64,000 bases of DNA. Origin: Myxococcales bacterium. Its GTDB lineage: Bacteria; Myxococcota_A; Polyangia; Polyangiales; DASUME01. Below are positions 34,996-45,468 of this stretch, piece after piece; position 1 is the stretch's first letter; each line of letters starts with the position of its first letter. The stretch lies in contig JASGJH010000001.1 of NCBI GenBank assembly GCA_047601445.1, positions 5,984,001 to 6,048,000 of the forward strand, given 5' to 3'. Below the pieces are notes generated by a model. It did no database searches, was not told the origin of the DNA, and saw only the letters and a program-made list of their open reading frames with translations. The position numbers were made by a program, and so were the translations under genes.

Positions 34996-36408
34996 ATGGC
35001 CCTCGAGCATCAGCACAACCTCAGCGTCGCCAACCGCCGCGAACTCGGGCGCGCCGCCCGTGAGCACGCACCGCGCTCGTCGCACGCCGACTGGGAGCCC
35101 TCGCCCAAGCGCGCCGATCCCGTGTCCATCGTGTGCGACGCGGATGCCGACCGCGTCGAGCTCCTCGTGCCCATCCGCCATGACCGCATGAGCGTGTCGA
35201 CCCTGGCGTTCTATCGAGGCACCGCCGCCATCATGGCGGCCGACCTTGCCCGCACCCCCAACAGCGGCCTCGAGGCCCAGTTGTGCGGTGACGCCCACCT
35301 GTCCAACTTCGGTCTGTACGCATCCCCCGAGCGCAGCTTGCTGTTCGACGTGAACGACTTCGACGAGACGCATCCGGGGCCCTGGGAGTGGGACCTCAAA
35401 CGCCTGGCAGCGAGCCTGGTGATCGCCGCGCGACACAACTCTTTCTCCGCAGCCGCCGCACGCGAGGCCAGCCTCACCGCGGTGCGCTCGTATCGTGAGT
35501 CCATGCGCGACTACGCCGGCATGGCCTGGCTCGACATCTGGTATCAGCGCATCGACGCCGAACAGATCCTCTCGCTGGCAGCCGACCACGATCAACTCGG
35601 GCGCATCGACAAGGCCATCGAGAAGGCGCGCAGGCGCACCAGCCATCAGGTGCTGATGAAGTTGACCGAGGAGGTCGACGGCGAGCGCCGCATCATCAGC
35701 AAGCCGCCGCTCATCGTGCCCCTCCGCGACGCCCCCGAGTTCAGCGAGGAAGGCGCGCTAGAAGAGCGTGTGCAGGAACTGCTCGAACGCTACCGCGGCA
35801 CGCTCACCAGCGATCGCAGGCACCTGCTCGAGCGCTACGAGGTCGTGGACATCGCGCACAAGATCGTGGGCGTGGGCAGCGTGGGCCGGCGCTGCTTCAT
35901 CGTGTTCCTCAAGGGCCGCGACTGGGGCGATCCGTTGATCTTGCAGCTCAAGGAGGCCGCGAAACACTCGGTCCTCACCACTCACGGTGGCCTGCGACCC
36001 TGCAAAGTCAGTCACGGCGGCCGGCGCGTGGTGCAGGGTCAGCGTTTGATGCAGGCCGCCAGCGACGTCTTCCTCGGCTGGAACGAGACCCATGAGGGGC
36101 GGGACTTCTACTGGCGTCAGCTGCGCGACATGAAGGGCTCCCTCGAGGTGGAAACCTGGCGTCCCACGGACCTCGTGTCCTATGCCCAGGTCTGCGGCTG
36201 GGCCCTCGCGCGAGCCCACGCGCGCTCGGGGGATCCCGTCGCCATCGCGGGTTACCTGGGCAAGTCCGACACCTTCGACCGTGCCCTTGCGGTGTTCGCC
36301 GAACGCTATGCCGACCAGGCGGACAAGGACTACGTTGCGTACCGAGAGGCGATCCAGGAACAGCGTGTGAGCACCGAGCCTGCCCTTCACGCCACCGTCC
36401 GTTTGTGA
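34996..36408 (+). CDS. DUF2252 family (kinase-like fold) protein
   Basis: FYRGTAAIMAADL, CGDAHLSNFG, FDVNDFDE, KIVGVGSVG, LQLKEA, RQLRDMKGS, LARAHARSGD. Confidence 0.92.
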   Translation: MALEHQHNLSVANRRELGRAAREHAPRSSHADWEPSPKRADPVSIVCDADADRVELLVPIRHDRMSVSTLAFYRGTAAIMAADLARTPNSGLEAQLCGDAHLSNFGLYASPERSLLFDVNDFDETHPGPWEWDLKRLAASLVIAARHNSFSAAAAREASLTAVRSYRESMRDYAGMAWLDIWYQRIDAEQILSLAADHDQLGRIDKAIEKARRRTSHQVLMKLTEEVDGERRIISKPPLIVPLRDAPEFSEEGALEERVQELLERYRGTLTSDRRHLLERYEVVDIAHKIVGVGSVGRRCFIVFLKGRDWGDPLILQLKEAAKHSVLTTHGGLRPCKVSHGGRRVVQGQRLMQAASDVFLGWNETHEGRDFYWRQLRDMKGSLEVETWRPTDLVSYAQVCGWALARAHARSGDPVAIAGYLGKSDTFDRALAVFAERYADQADKDYVAYREAIQEQRVSTEPALHATVRL

Positions 36409-36508
36409 CATCTCCCAGGCACGAGACGCCCGGTTCGGGGGAGCGCGGCGCGGCCGGTGATGTCTCGTTTGACGTTATGCCTTCATGCGTCTAAAAGCAT
36501 GAACAACT

Positions 36509-37741
<1,233 letters not shown>

Positions 37742-37749
37742 ACCCGAAC

Positions 37750-37783
37750 GGGCACCGGACCCTACGAGCAGGGTCCGTTGCCC
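37750..37783 (+). terminator. Hairpin after metK (possible terminator, weak U-tract)
   Basis: GGGCACCGGACCCT-ACGAGC-AGGGTCCGTTGCCC, 13 of 14 bp paired. Confidence 0.5.
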
Positions 37784-37906
37784 ATTCCCCAGGCGCATGC
37801 CGGGCCATGGCCGTTGGCTGTGGCTGTGGCCGCTACGGTGACTGCAGCGGCGAGGCCCACCGTCTTGCAGCTGATTCCATGTTTGGGGTATAGCCTATCC
37901 GCTTCG

Positions 37907-39862
37907 ATGACCGATTCGGACCAGGCTGAAGCCGTGCGTGCCCTCGAGGAGCGAATCAGGCACCTCGAGGCGCGACTGTCGGCCAGCGAGGCTGCCGCGG
38001 CCTTCCTGGACTCGGTGCTTCGGGCGGTGCCCGCCTTCGTGGTCAATCTCGATCCCGAGCTCCGCATCCGCTACCTGAACCGCTATCAACACGGATTCAC
38101 TGCGGACGGCACGGTGGGACGCCACATGTGCGATTTCATCGCGCCCGAGCAACGTGAAGAGGTGCTGCAAAAGGTCGAGAGCGCGCGCCGGACCGGCCAG
38201 ATTACCACCTTCGTGAGCGCCAATGCTGCGGGTCCCCACGGCGGCACCACCAACTACATGACCTATGTGGCGCCGGTGCAGGAGCCCGACGGATCGGTGG
38301 GCGTGTGTTTGGCGGCGGTGGACCTGGTCGAGCAGGAAGCCCGCGAGCGGGCGCTCAGGGAGAGCGAGGAGAAGCTGCGGCTGGCGGCCGACGTCACGGG
38401 GCTCGGCGTGTTCACCTGGGACATCGCGACCCGGGAGGTGCGCTGGGACGAGAACATGAAGCGGCTCCATGGCGTGTCGCAGCCGCCCAGCGCGCTCGAG
38501 TACATCGATACCTTGGTGCATCCGGAGGAGCGCGAGCAGCTACGCGCGGACACCCTGATCGCCTACGAGACCGGGCGCATCTCGCCGCAGGTCACCTATC
38601 GCATCGTGTGCCCGGATGGCACCGTGCGCCGAATCCTCACGCTGAGCCGCATGCAGTTCGCTCCCGATGGCAGGCCGGCGAAAATGGTCGGCTGTGCCCT
38701 GGACGTGACGCGCACCTATGAGCTCGAGGAGCAGCTCCGGCAGTCCCACAAGATGGAAGCCGTGGGCAGTCTCACCGCCGGCATCGCCCATAACTTCAAC
38801 AACATGCTGGCCGTGATCTTGCCGACCCTCGAGATCGCCGCCGACCTCGTGCCACCCGCGCGCGCCGACCTGATGCGCCAGGCATCGCAAGCGGCGGGGC
38901 GCGCCTCCGAGTTAGTGCGCCAGCTGATGACCTACGCCGGGCAGAGCCGCAGTCTGCGTCAAAAGGTCTGCCACCTCGCGGGCATCGCGGAGTCTGCGGT
39001 GGAGATCTGCCGACGCACCTTCGATCCTCACATCGTGATCGCCCTCGAGATTGCGCCCGACGCACGCAGCCTCAACGTGGCGGGCAGCGCGGTGCAGCTC
39101 GAGCAGGTCGTGGTGAACCTGCTGCTCAACGCGCGCGACGCCATCGTGGAGGCCGGGCGGACGCGGGGGCTGGTGCAGGTCACGGTGCGTCGCTCTTCCG
39201 ACCCCCTACGCGGCAAGCGCGGGGTGGTTTGTGACGCTGTGTGCATCGACGTGCGCGACAACGGCACCGGGATCCCGGAGGCGGTGCGCAGCCGCATGTA
39301 CGAACCCTTTTTCACCACCAAGCCCGCGGGCAAAGGGACCGGACTCGGGCTCGCGACCAGCTTCGGCACCATCCGCGACCACGAAGGGACCCTCGTCTGC
39401 CATCCGGGTCTCCAGGACGGGGCCGAGTTCACCCTGACCTTGCCGCTGTCCACTGAGCAGGTCCACGCCTCCACCATGCCGCCCACCACCGAAGATGTGC
39501 CGCTGGGCACCCGTGTGCTCCTGGTGGACGACGACGAAGCCGTGCGCGGGGCACTGGGACATGTGTTGGCCAGCGCGGGCCTCACCGTGCACCTGGCGGG
39601 CTGCGGCCACAGCGCCCTGGAGGAGCTCGCAGCCTGTCCTGCCATGGACGTGGTCTTGCTCGACCGCGCCATGCCGGGTGGTGCGGGGGAGGAGTTCGTC
39701 CCGCGCATGCGTGAGCTCGCGCCCCGGGCGAGGCTCGTCTTCCTCTCTGGTCAGTCCATCGAGCCGCCGCTCGCGCGTCTGGTCGACGCGGTGATCCCCA
39801 AGCCCGTCAGCAGCCCGAATCTGCTCACCACGATCCGCCAAGTCCTCGAGCGAGAACACTGA
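37907..39862 (+). CDS. PAS-PAS hybrid histidine kinase with receiver domain
   Basis: Two PAS-like regions, GSLTAGIAHNFNNML, YEPFFTTKPAGKGTGLGL, VLLVDDD...LLDRAMP. Confidence 0.94.
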   Translation: MTDSDQAEAVRALEERIRHLEARLSASEAAAAFLDSVLRAVPAFVVNLDPELRIRYLNRYQHGFTADGTVGRHMCDFIAPEQREEVLQKVESARRTGQITTFVSANAAGPHGGTTNYMTYVAPVQEPDGSVGVCLAAVDLVEQEARERALRESEEKLRLAADVTGLGVFTWDIATREVRWDENMKRLHGVSQPPSALEYIDTLVHPEEREQLRADTLIAYETGRISPQVTYRIVCPDGTVRRILTLSRMQFAPDGRPAKMVGCALDVTRTYELEEQLRQSHKMEAVGSLTAGIAHNFNNMLAVILPTLEIAADLVPPARADLMRQASQAAGRASELVRQLMTYAGQSRSLRQKVCHLAGIAESAVEICRRTFDPHIVIALEIAPDARSLNVAGSAVQLEQVVVNLLLNARDAIVEAGRTRGLVQVTVRRSSDPLRGKRGVVCDAVCIDVRDNGTGIPEAVRSRMYEPFFTTKPAGKGTGLGLATSFGTIRDHEGTLVCHPGLQDGAEFTLTLPLSTEQVHASTMPPTTEDVPLGTRVLLVDDDEAVRGALGHVLASAGLTVHLAGCGHSALEELAACPAMDVVLLDRAMPGGAGEEFVPRMRELAPRARLVFLSGQSIEPPLARLVDAVIPKPVSSPNLLTTIRQVLEREH

Positions 39863-40000
39863 CACTGCTGCTTTGCAGCCTACATGTGGCCGTTTTCGCC
39901 TTCTGTTGGATGTCTCACGCAGACCGGTGTTTTCAGCGCGCCGAGAGATCGATATGCTCGAAGGCTCAAGTTTTCTGCTCCCTCGCAGGAGGCTGTGACG

Positions 40001-40576
40001 GTGGAGATTCGCGTCAACGTGGTGCTGATGGTGCTGGTCGGGCTGACTTGGCTCGGCCTGCGCGCCCATGCGCCGACGCCTATCGAGTCCGGCAAACAGT
40101 GGGCCTCGCAGCTCGCGGCGCTCGAAGACGCCTTCGGCGCGGACCCCAGCGACAAGGGCGCGCTCGTCTCTCTAATCGACGCTTACTTGGAGGAGGGCTA
40201 CCCGCTGCTCGCGGTGGCCGCCCTGCGTAGCGCTGAGCCCACGCTGCTCGAGGAGCCCGTGGTCTCCCATCAGCTGGCGCGTGCCTACGAGGCCAGCGGC
40301 CGCCTGCTGGACGCCCTCGCCACCGCGGACCTCGCCCTAGCGCGCTGCAGCCGCGCCATCGGGGCACGTCCGCTCGAGACAGCTGTGCCGCACTTCTCGT
40401 GCAGCGAGCGTACCTTCGCCATGCTCGACACGCATAAGAGCGCGCTCGAGCGCATGGTGCGGTGGGGCATCGTCGACCCGCGCGTGGACCCCCGGGCCCA
40501 GCGTGCTTACGACCTCGCTCTGCGCCGTGCGCGCATCGCGGTGGGCGAGCTGCCCGCTGGACCGGGCGTTCCGTAA
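40001..40576 (+). CDS. Hypothetical protein with N-terminal TM/signal and TPR-like helices
   Basis: AGGAGG RBS, hydrophobic N-terminus, helical LARAYEASGRLLDALA. Start uncertain. Confidence 0.7.
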   Translation: MEIRVNVVLMVLVGLTWLGLRAHAPTPIESGKQWASQLAALEDAFGADPSDKGALVSLIDAYLEEGYPLLAVAALRSAEPTLLEEPVVSHQLARAYEASGRLLDALATADLALARCSRAIGARPLETAVPHFSCSERTFAMLDTHKSALERMVRWGIVDPRVDPRAQRAYDLALRRARIAVGELPAGPGVP

Positions 40577-40582
40577 GTCCGC

Positions 40583-40631
40583 CCACAGCCATCGGCCAGC
40601 AGCCAACCGCCAGCAGCCAACCGCTAGCAGC
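40583..40631. repeat. Heptamer-periodic short tandem repeat between convergent genes
   Basis: CATCGGC CAGCAGC CAACCGC CAGCAGC CAACCGC TAGCAGC. Confidence 0.75.
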
Positions 40632-40685
40632 CGTTCGGGCGCTATTGGATGGCCGCTATCGGATGCCTGGCGGCCGCTTGCATCC

Positions 40686-41042
40686 TCACGCCGCCTTGGC
40701 CTCGACCCGACGCGCAGAGCTATCCGTTGGATCAAGGCTGAGGATCCAGCGGGCCACGGTGCGGGCACGTCCGCGGGTCGACTCGTGCCGAAATGCGTAC
40801 AGCGCCTGACGCAGCGCGTGCAACGCGTCGTCCCGCTTGCCGGACCGCAGCATGGCTTCGGCGAGCCAACAGTAGCTCGGGCCGCTGGGCTCCCTCGCTG
40901 CGCTCTCACGCAGCAGCTGGAGGGCCTTGCGCTCCTCACCCCGCCGCAGCAGGCGACGGGCACGGCGCTGTTGGAGGCGCGTACCTGAAGCGAGCCACTG
41001 AGACTGACCTGACACGGACTGGGAGCGACCGGGCTTGGACAT
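40686..41042 (-). CDS. Small TPR-like hypothetical protein
   Basis: ARRLLRRGEERKALQLLRESA...WLAEAMLRSGKRDDALHALRQAL...ILSLDP pattern. Confidence 0.65.
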   Translation of the reverse strand: MSKPGRSQSVSGQSQWLASGTRLQQRRARRLLRRGEERKALQLLRESAAREPSGPSYCWLAEAMLRSGKRDDALHALRQALYAFRHESTRGRARTVARWILSLDPTDSSARRVEAKAA

Positions 41043-41055
41043 GCCAGGGCAAGTG

Positions 41056-41072
41056 AGCAAGCGGCGCGCCAA
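41056..41072 (-). promoter_or_regulatory. Candidate sigma54 promoter
   Basis: TTGGCGCGCCGCTTGCT on the minus strand (GG-N10-GC), 13 nt before ATG 41042. Confidence 0.6.
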
Positions 41073-41620
41073 GCGCTGCGGCGGAGTCAGTTTCGGCAAC
41101 TTGAGTTGCCTCGGCGTCCGACTTTGTGGCGCTGCGCACGCTGCCCGAATTGCCGACCGTGGCAATTCGATCCGGGGTGGCGAGGTGGGTATGCGGCGTG
41201 TGCGCACACCACACCGCTGACGCAACGTCCATGTGGGTTCAATGAGATAGCCGACGCACGACGCGCGTTCGGCACTGTTCGTCGTGCGCCACCAGTGTCT
41301 TCACTTGGGAGGTCCTGAACATGGATTCTCGTTCTCTCTTTGGACGCCGATCGCGAATGCCATATAGTTGCAGCAGGCTGCCGGCAGATGGGCAGACGCC
41401 CCGGAATGGTCCGAAACCCGACGGGATCTTGCCGCGCAGAACCGAGGAAGCATCCGCTTCCTCGCTCGTGGAACGCTCCGTGTACGCGGTCGCTCTGACC
41501 TCATCAAAATGACCGGAGCGCCGGCTGACGCCGGGGGAGGAATGGCACAACATGCACAATCCGAAGAATCCCAGCCCCTCACCGGAGGTCAGCCTCAGCT
41601 GATCCACGACGTGCACCTTG

Positions 41621-41739
41621 GTGAGGCGTAAAGTCTCACTGTGCCGGTTCACTCCGTTCAACCGCGCGTAACATTCCGCGCGGCGGAGACCGGCGACGAG
41701 AAGGGCGGCAGACCGCGAGGTCAGCCGCCCTTTGTTTTT
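41621..41739 (+). ncRNA. Candidate structured small RNA (three consecutive stem-loops, 5' end unknown)
   Basis: Stem-loops at 41621-41639 and 41643-41694, then a terminator at 41701-41739. No convincing + strand CDS upstream. Confidence 0.45.
41701..41739 (+). terminator. Rho-independent terminator
   Basis: AAGGGCGGC-A-GACC-GCGA-GGTC-A-GCCGCCCTT followed by TGTTTTT. Confidence 0.85.
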
Positions 41740-41871
41740 GTCGCGCTCGTATGTCGCACACACGCTGCTCTCTCAGTGGCCTTCATCACGCGCGCTGGCG
41801 ACCAGTCTTGCCGCCGTGGCCACGGCCCTGGTCGGTGCGCAAGGACGGGTAGAGCGGCTCCTCGGCGCCTT

Positions 41872-42255
41872 TCACTCCACCTTGATTACACCGCCGATCA
41901 TCTTCTGCATCGCGCAGCCGTACTTGAGCATGCCGCTCTTCTTGGGCGTGAAGCTCAGCGTGACCGCGGTATTTAGCGGCAGCTTGGTGTTCACACCGTA
42001 CTCGTCGATCACGATCTCCGTGGCACAGGTGGAGTCCGTTTTGCGCGTGATCACCAGCGTGACCGGCTCGCCGCTCTTTACCCGCACATTCTGAGGCTCG
42101 AAGCCGTGCTCCGTGACCGTCATCTCCACACGGTTCTGCACGGGTCCATCGAAGCTAGGTGCCTTCTCGGGTTTGTCCGCCGCGCCCGCCGAGCAGGCGA
42201 GCGACCCCAGCGTTACACCAATCATCACGAGATGCCGAAATCGTGTTCGCAACAT
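41872..42255 (-). CDS. Exported cupredoxin-domain protein
   Basis: Signal or lipobox SLA|C, VTEHGFEPQNVRVKSGEPVTL, TCATEIVI, YGCAMQKMIGGVI. Confidence 0.88.
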   Translation of the reverse strand: MLRTRFRHLVMIGVTLGSLACSAGAADKPEKAPSFDGPVQNRVEMTVTEHGFEPQNVRVKSGEPVTLVITRKTDSTCATEIVIDEYGVNTKLPLNTAVTLSFTPKKSGMLKYGCAMQKMIGGVIKVE

Positions 42256-42415
42256 GCGGACAAGACTAGCCGAACTCCTCTCTGCGCGCGACGCCACGCC
42301 TTTTCCCGCACAGCCCCAAGCCTCGAATGGCAAGTCGTCTTGCCGCCTCACACGCGCGCCGCGAGCCTGGTTTTTGAGGCGCAGAACTCGCGGCGAACCA
42401 TGTTAGGAAGCTCCC

Positions 42416-43717
42416 ATGCATCCTTACGGTACGAGCTCGTACGAGCCGACGGAGCTCCACACGGAGTCGGTCGACGCACGCAGTTCGGTGCTGGAGCCGA
42501 CTTCCGTCGAAGGCAAGGGAGAGCGCGCCGCGCGCGTGCTCATCGAAACCATTCGAGCGCTCTCGGGGACGCGCAGCGCCGCCGCCATCGCCGACGTGGT
42601 GCGCAAGGCTGCGGCCAAGCTGGTCGGGGCCGATGGCACCTCGTTCCTGCTGCGAGAAGGCGACGCCGTGGTGTGCGTGGACGAGGAATGCATCGAGCCG
42701 AGCTGGCGCGGCAAACTCTTTCCGCTCAGCGAGTGCGTCGCGGCCACGGTGCTCGAGCACGGCGAGCAAATCGCCATCCCGGACCTGTACGCCGATCCTC
42801 GCATCAACCAGGACAACTTCCGGGGAACCAACGTGCGTGGGCTGGTGTTGACCCCTGTGCGCGGGAATCCCTGTGTTGCCCTCATCGCCGCTTTCTGGTC
42901 GCACACCCATGGGCCCAGCGAGGGTGAGCTCCTCCTGCTCCAGGACCTCGCGGACGCCACCGCGGTGGCCACCGAGAACGCGGGGCTCCACGCCGAGCTC
43001 GAACGCAGAGTCGAGCGCCGCACGCTCGAGCTGCGGGACGCCAATCGGGACCTCGAGGCCTTCTCGTACAGCGTCGCCCACGACCTGCGCGCGCCGCTGT
43101 CGGCCATGTTGGTCACGCGCTCCATCCTGGAGCGCAGCTACGGGTCGGCGCTGGACAGCCACGGGGTCAAGCTTCTGCGCGACATCGAGCGCACCGGCAA
43201 GCGCATGGGCGAGCTCATCGGTGGTCTCCTGCAGTTCGCGCGTTGCGCGCGCGTGGAGCTGTCACGGGAGGCGGTCGACCTCTCCGCGCTCGCCGCCGGC
43301 GTGGTGATGGCGCTGCGTCAACAGAACCTATCTCGGCAGGTGCACGTGCGCATCGAGCCCGGTCTCCGCGCCAACGCCGACTCCACGCTGATGGAGGTGG
43401 TCATCGCGAACCTGCTCAACAACGCATTCAAGTACACCAGGGAGCGCCCGCTGGCCGAGATTCACGTGGGCCAAATGCGAGAGCTCGGCGGCCATGCTTT
43501 CTACGTGCGCGACAACGGCGCGGGCTTCGACATGGCGTCCTCCGCGGAGCTGTTCTTGCCCTTCAAGCGCCTGCACCCGTCCCATCTCTTCGATGGGCAC
43601 GGCGTGGGGCTCGCCACCGTGTCGCGCATCATCGGCAAGCACGGCGGACGTGTGTGGGCGGAGTCGCAGCCCGGCGTCGGAGCGACCTTCTACTTCACGC
43701 TGCCGAGTCTCGACTGA
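42416..43717 (+). CDS. GAF-domain sensor histidine kinase
   Basis: GAF (IPDLYADPRI), LEAFSYSVAHDLRAPL, NLLNNAFKYT, VRDNGAGFDM, GHGVGLATV. Confidence 0.95.
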   Translation: MHPYGTSSYEPTELHTESVDARSSVLEPTSVEGKGERAARVLIETIRALSGTRSAAAIADVVRKAAAKLVGADGTSFLLREGDAVVCVDEECIEPSWRGKLFPLSECVAATVLEHGEQIAIPDLYADPRINQDNFRGTNVRGLVLTPVRGNPCVALIAAFWSHTHGPSEGELLLLQDLADATAVATENAGLHAELERRVERRTLELRDANRDLEAFSYSVAHDLRAPLSAMLVTRSILERSYGSALDSHGVKLLRDIERTGKRMGELIGGLLQFARCARVELSREAVDLSALAAGVVMALRQQNLSRQVHVRIEPGLRANADSTLMEVVIANLLNNAFKYTRERPLAEIHVGQMRELGGHAFYVRDNGAGFDMASSAELFLPFKRLHPSHLFDGHGVGLATVSRIIGKHGGRVWAESQPGVGATFYFTLPSLD

Positions 43718-43718
43718 A

Positions 43719-44396
43719 TCAGCTCACTTCCAGGGGCTCGGGGGTCTCTTCGCGCTTCTCCAGGCTGCGCTCCTTGGGGCGCACTTCCGCAGGCGGCGCA
43801 GGCTCGCTGACGGGTGGCGGGGCATCGACCTTTGTCGGCTCGGTGGCCTTCGCTGGCGGGCTCGAAGGCTTCCTACGCGGCCCGAAGGCTTCCACCAGGC
43901 TGCGCGGGATGACGCGGTTCTTGGCGACGACCACGGTACAGCCATCGGGCACGCTCTGCGACACCACGCAGTTGGCTCCCACCTTGACGCCGTTTCCCAG
44001 ACGAATCTCGCCGATCACACGGGCGCCCGCGTAGATGTCCACGTCGTCTCCCAGCTCGGGGAAGACCAGGGAATTGGCGTCCATCCCCAGCGTGACCTCC
44101 TGGAAGATCAGACAGTTCTTGCCGATCTTACAGCCGCCGATCAGGACGTTGCGTGGGTGAATCAAGGTCAGACCGGGGCCGATCTCCGCATGCGGGGAGA
44201 TGTCCAACTGGTAGACGATGTGGAAGTACTGGTTGAACAGCTTCTGCGGCGCGAGCACCAGGAGACGCCCGGGGCCCTTGAGCGTTCGGCCCCAGCGCCC
44301 CCAGCGATAGGTGACGGTCGCCCAGAAGCCGGGCTCGAAGTACCACGGGTTCGTGTAACGTGCGGTGTCTGCGCGTAGATCGCTGAGGATAGTCAT
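43719..44396 (-). CDS. Serine-acetyltransferase-like left-handed beta-helix acyltransferase
   Basis: Hexapeptide repeats ISPHAEIGPGLTLIH, IGKNCLIFQEVTLG, LGDDVDIYAGARVIG, VGANCVV; Pro-rich tail. ATG overlaps the fabG stop. Confidence 0.88.
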   Translation of the reverse strand: MTILSDLRADTARYTNPWYFEPGFWATVTYRWGRWGRTLKGPGRLLVLAPQKLFNQYFHIVYQLDISPHAEIGPGLTLIHPRNVLIGGCKIGKNCLIFQEVTLGMDANSLVFPELGDDVDIYAGARVIGEIRLGNGVKVGANCVVSQSVPDGCTVVVAKNRVIPRSLVEAFGPRRKPSSPPAKATEPTKVDAPPPVSEPAPPAEVRPKERSLEKREETPEPLEVS

Positions 44397-45178
44397 CCGC
44401 TGAAGCCTCCGTCGACGACGATGGTTTGGCCGGTCATGTAGAGAGGCGCCTCGTGCGCGAGAAACCCTACCAGCGTGGCGACCTCCTCGGAGGTTCCGAG
44501 CCGCCGCATGGGAATGCGTGTGAGGGTCTGCGCGCGTTGCTCCTCGCTCTGATACTTGAGCATGTCCGTATCGGTGAAGCCGGGCGCCACTGCGTTCACG
44601 GGGATGCCCCAGGCGGCGAGCTCCTTGGAGAGCGAGCGCGTGAAGCCGATGATGCCGGCCTTGGCGGTCGAATAGTTCGTCTGGCCCGGGATGCCAATCA
44701 GGCCCGAGACCGAGGTAATGTTGACGATGCGTCCGGTGCGCTGGCGAATCATCTGTTTGGTGCTCGGTCGCGTGGTGCCGAACAGACCGTACAGACTCGT
44801 TTCGAGCACGCTGGACCAATCGGACTCGCTCATCATCGGCAAGAGCTTGTCCTGAGTGATGGCCGCGTTGTTCACCAGCACGTCGAGGCGTCCCGTGTCT
44901 TTGACGGTGTCCTCCACGAAGGCCGTGCAGGCCCGCGCGTCCCGCGAGTCCACGCGGGTGGCCCTGGCGCGACCGCCGCGCGCCATCACTTCTTGCGCGA
45001 CCTCGGCCGCTTTTTCCTCGCTGTTGACATAGGTGAAATGGACGCTGAAGCCGAGCTCCGACAGCCGCATCACGACGGCGCGTCCAATGCCACGTGAGCC
45101 GCCGGTGACGATGGCGACGCGTGGCCTTTCGAGTTCAACTTCCGTTCCGAGCGACGACTCGACCACATGATCAGTCAT
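44393..45178 (-). CDS. fabG: 3-oxoacyl-ACP reductase (FabG-like SDR)
   Basis: TGGSRGIG, LVNNAAIT, GQTNYSTAKAG, VNAVAPGFTDTDM; AGGAG RBS. No acpP/fabD/fabF neighbours. Confidence 0.88.
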   Translation of the reverse strand: MTDHVVESSLGTEVELERPRVAIVTGGSRGIGRAVVMRLSELGFSVHFTYVNSEEKAAEVAQEVMARGGRARATRVDSRDARACTAFVEDTVKDTGRLDVLVNNAAITQDKLLPMMSESDWSSVLETSLYGLFGTTRPSTKQMIRQRTGRIVNITSVSGLIGIPGQTNYSTAKAGIIGFTRSLSKELAAWGIPVNAVAPGFTDTDMLKYQSEEQRAQTLTRIPMRRLGTSEEVATLVGFLAHEAPLYMTGQTIVVDGGFSG

Positions 45179-45468
45179 GTCTGAACCGCTTCTCCTGCGA
45201 AGGGGGAACAGCCACGGCGAACGAACACTGTCTGCACATCTTTGCGCATTGCTGCGCAGGCTGCACGAAACGTCATGGTAGTCACTTTTCGATGGACCAT
45301 GTCAAACTCGCCAGTCGAAAACTCGTGCAAAAATGCCAGGGATTCGCAATTTTCATACGCAAGCTTCGCGCCTCATCCCCGACCGGTGACGCCGCGCGCA
45401 GCGAGCGCGCGAGACTCAGCAGAAGCAGAGCAGACTCGATTGAGGACAGCTAAGTCAGGAGAATCTCC

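Noticed and set aside
36409..36508. SAM riboswitch upstream of metK
   Set aside because: Only 100 bp, with no SAM-I/II consensus visible. A possible TTGACG-N17-TAAAAG promoter leaves a very short leader.
41239..41322. 27-aa minus-strand ORF MFRTSQVKTLVAHDEQCRTRVVRRLSH
   Set aside because: It has a purine-rich upstream stretch but weak codon bias and no recognisable motif, which is insufficient support.
41621..41739. Identification of the candidate sRNA as Pxr, 6S, SRP or tmRNA
   Set aside because: I could not match diagnostic sequence motifs by eye, so it is left unnamed.
45275..45305. Sigma70 promoter for fabG (TTGACA-N19-TACCAT, minus strand)
   Set aside because: The 19-nt spacer is suboptimal and there is no supporting dyad, so it is too weak to call.
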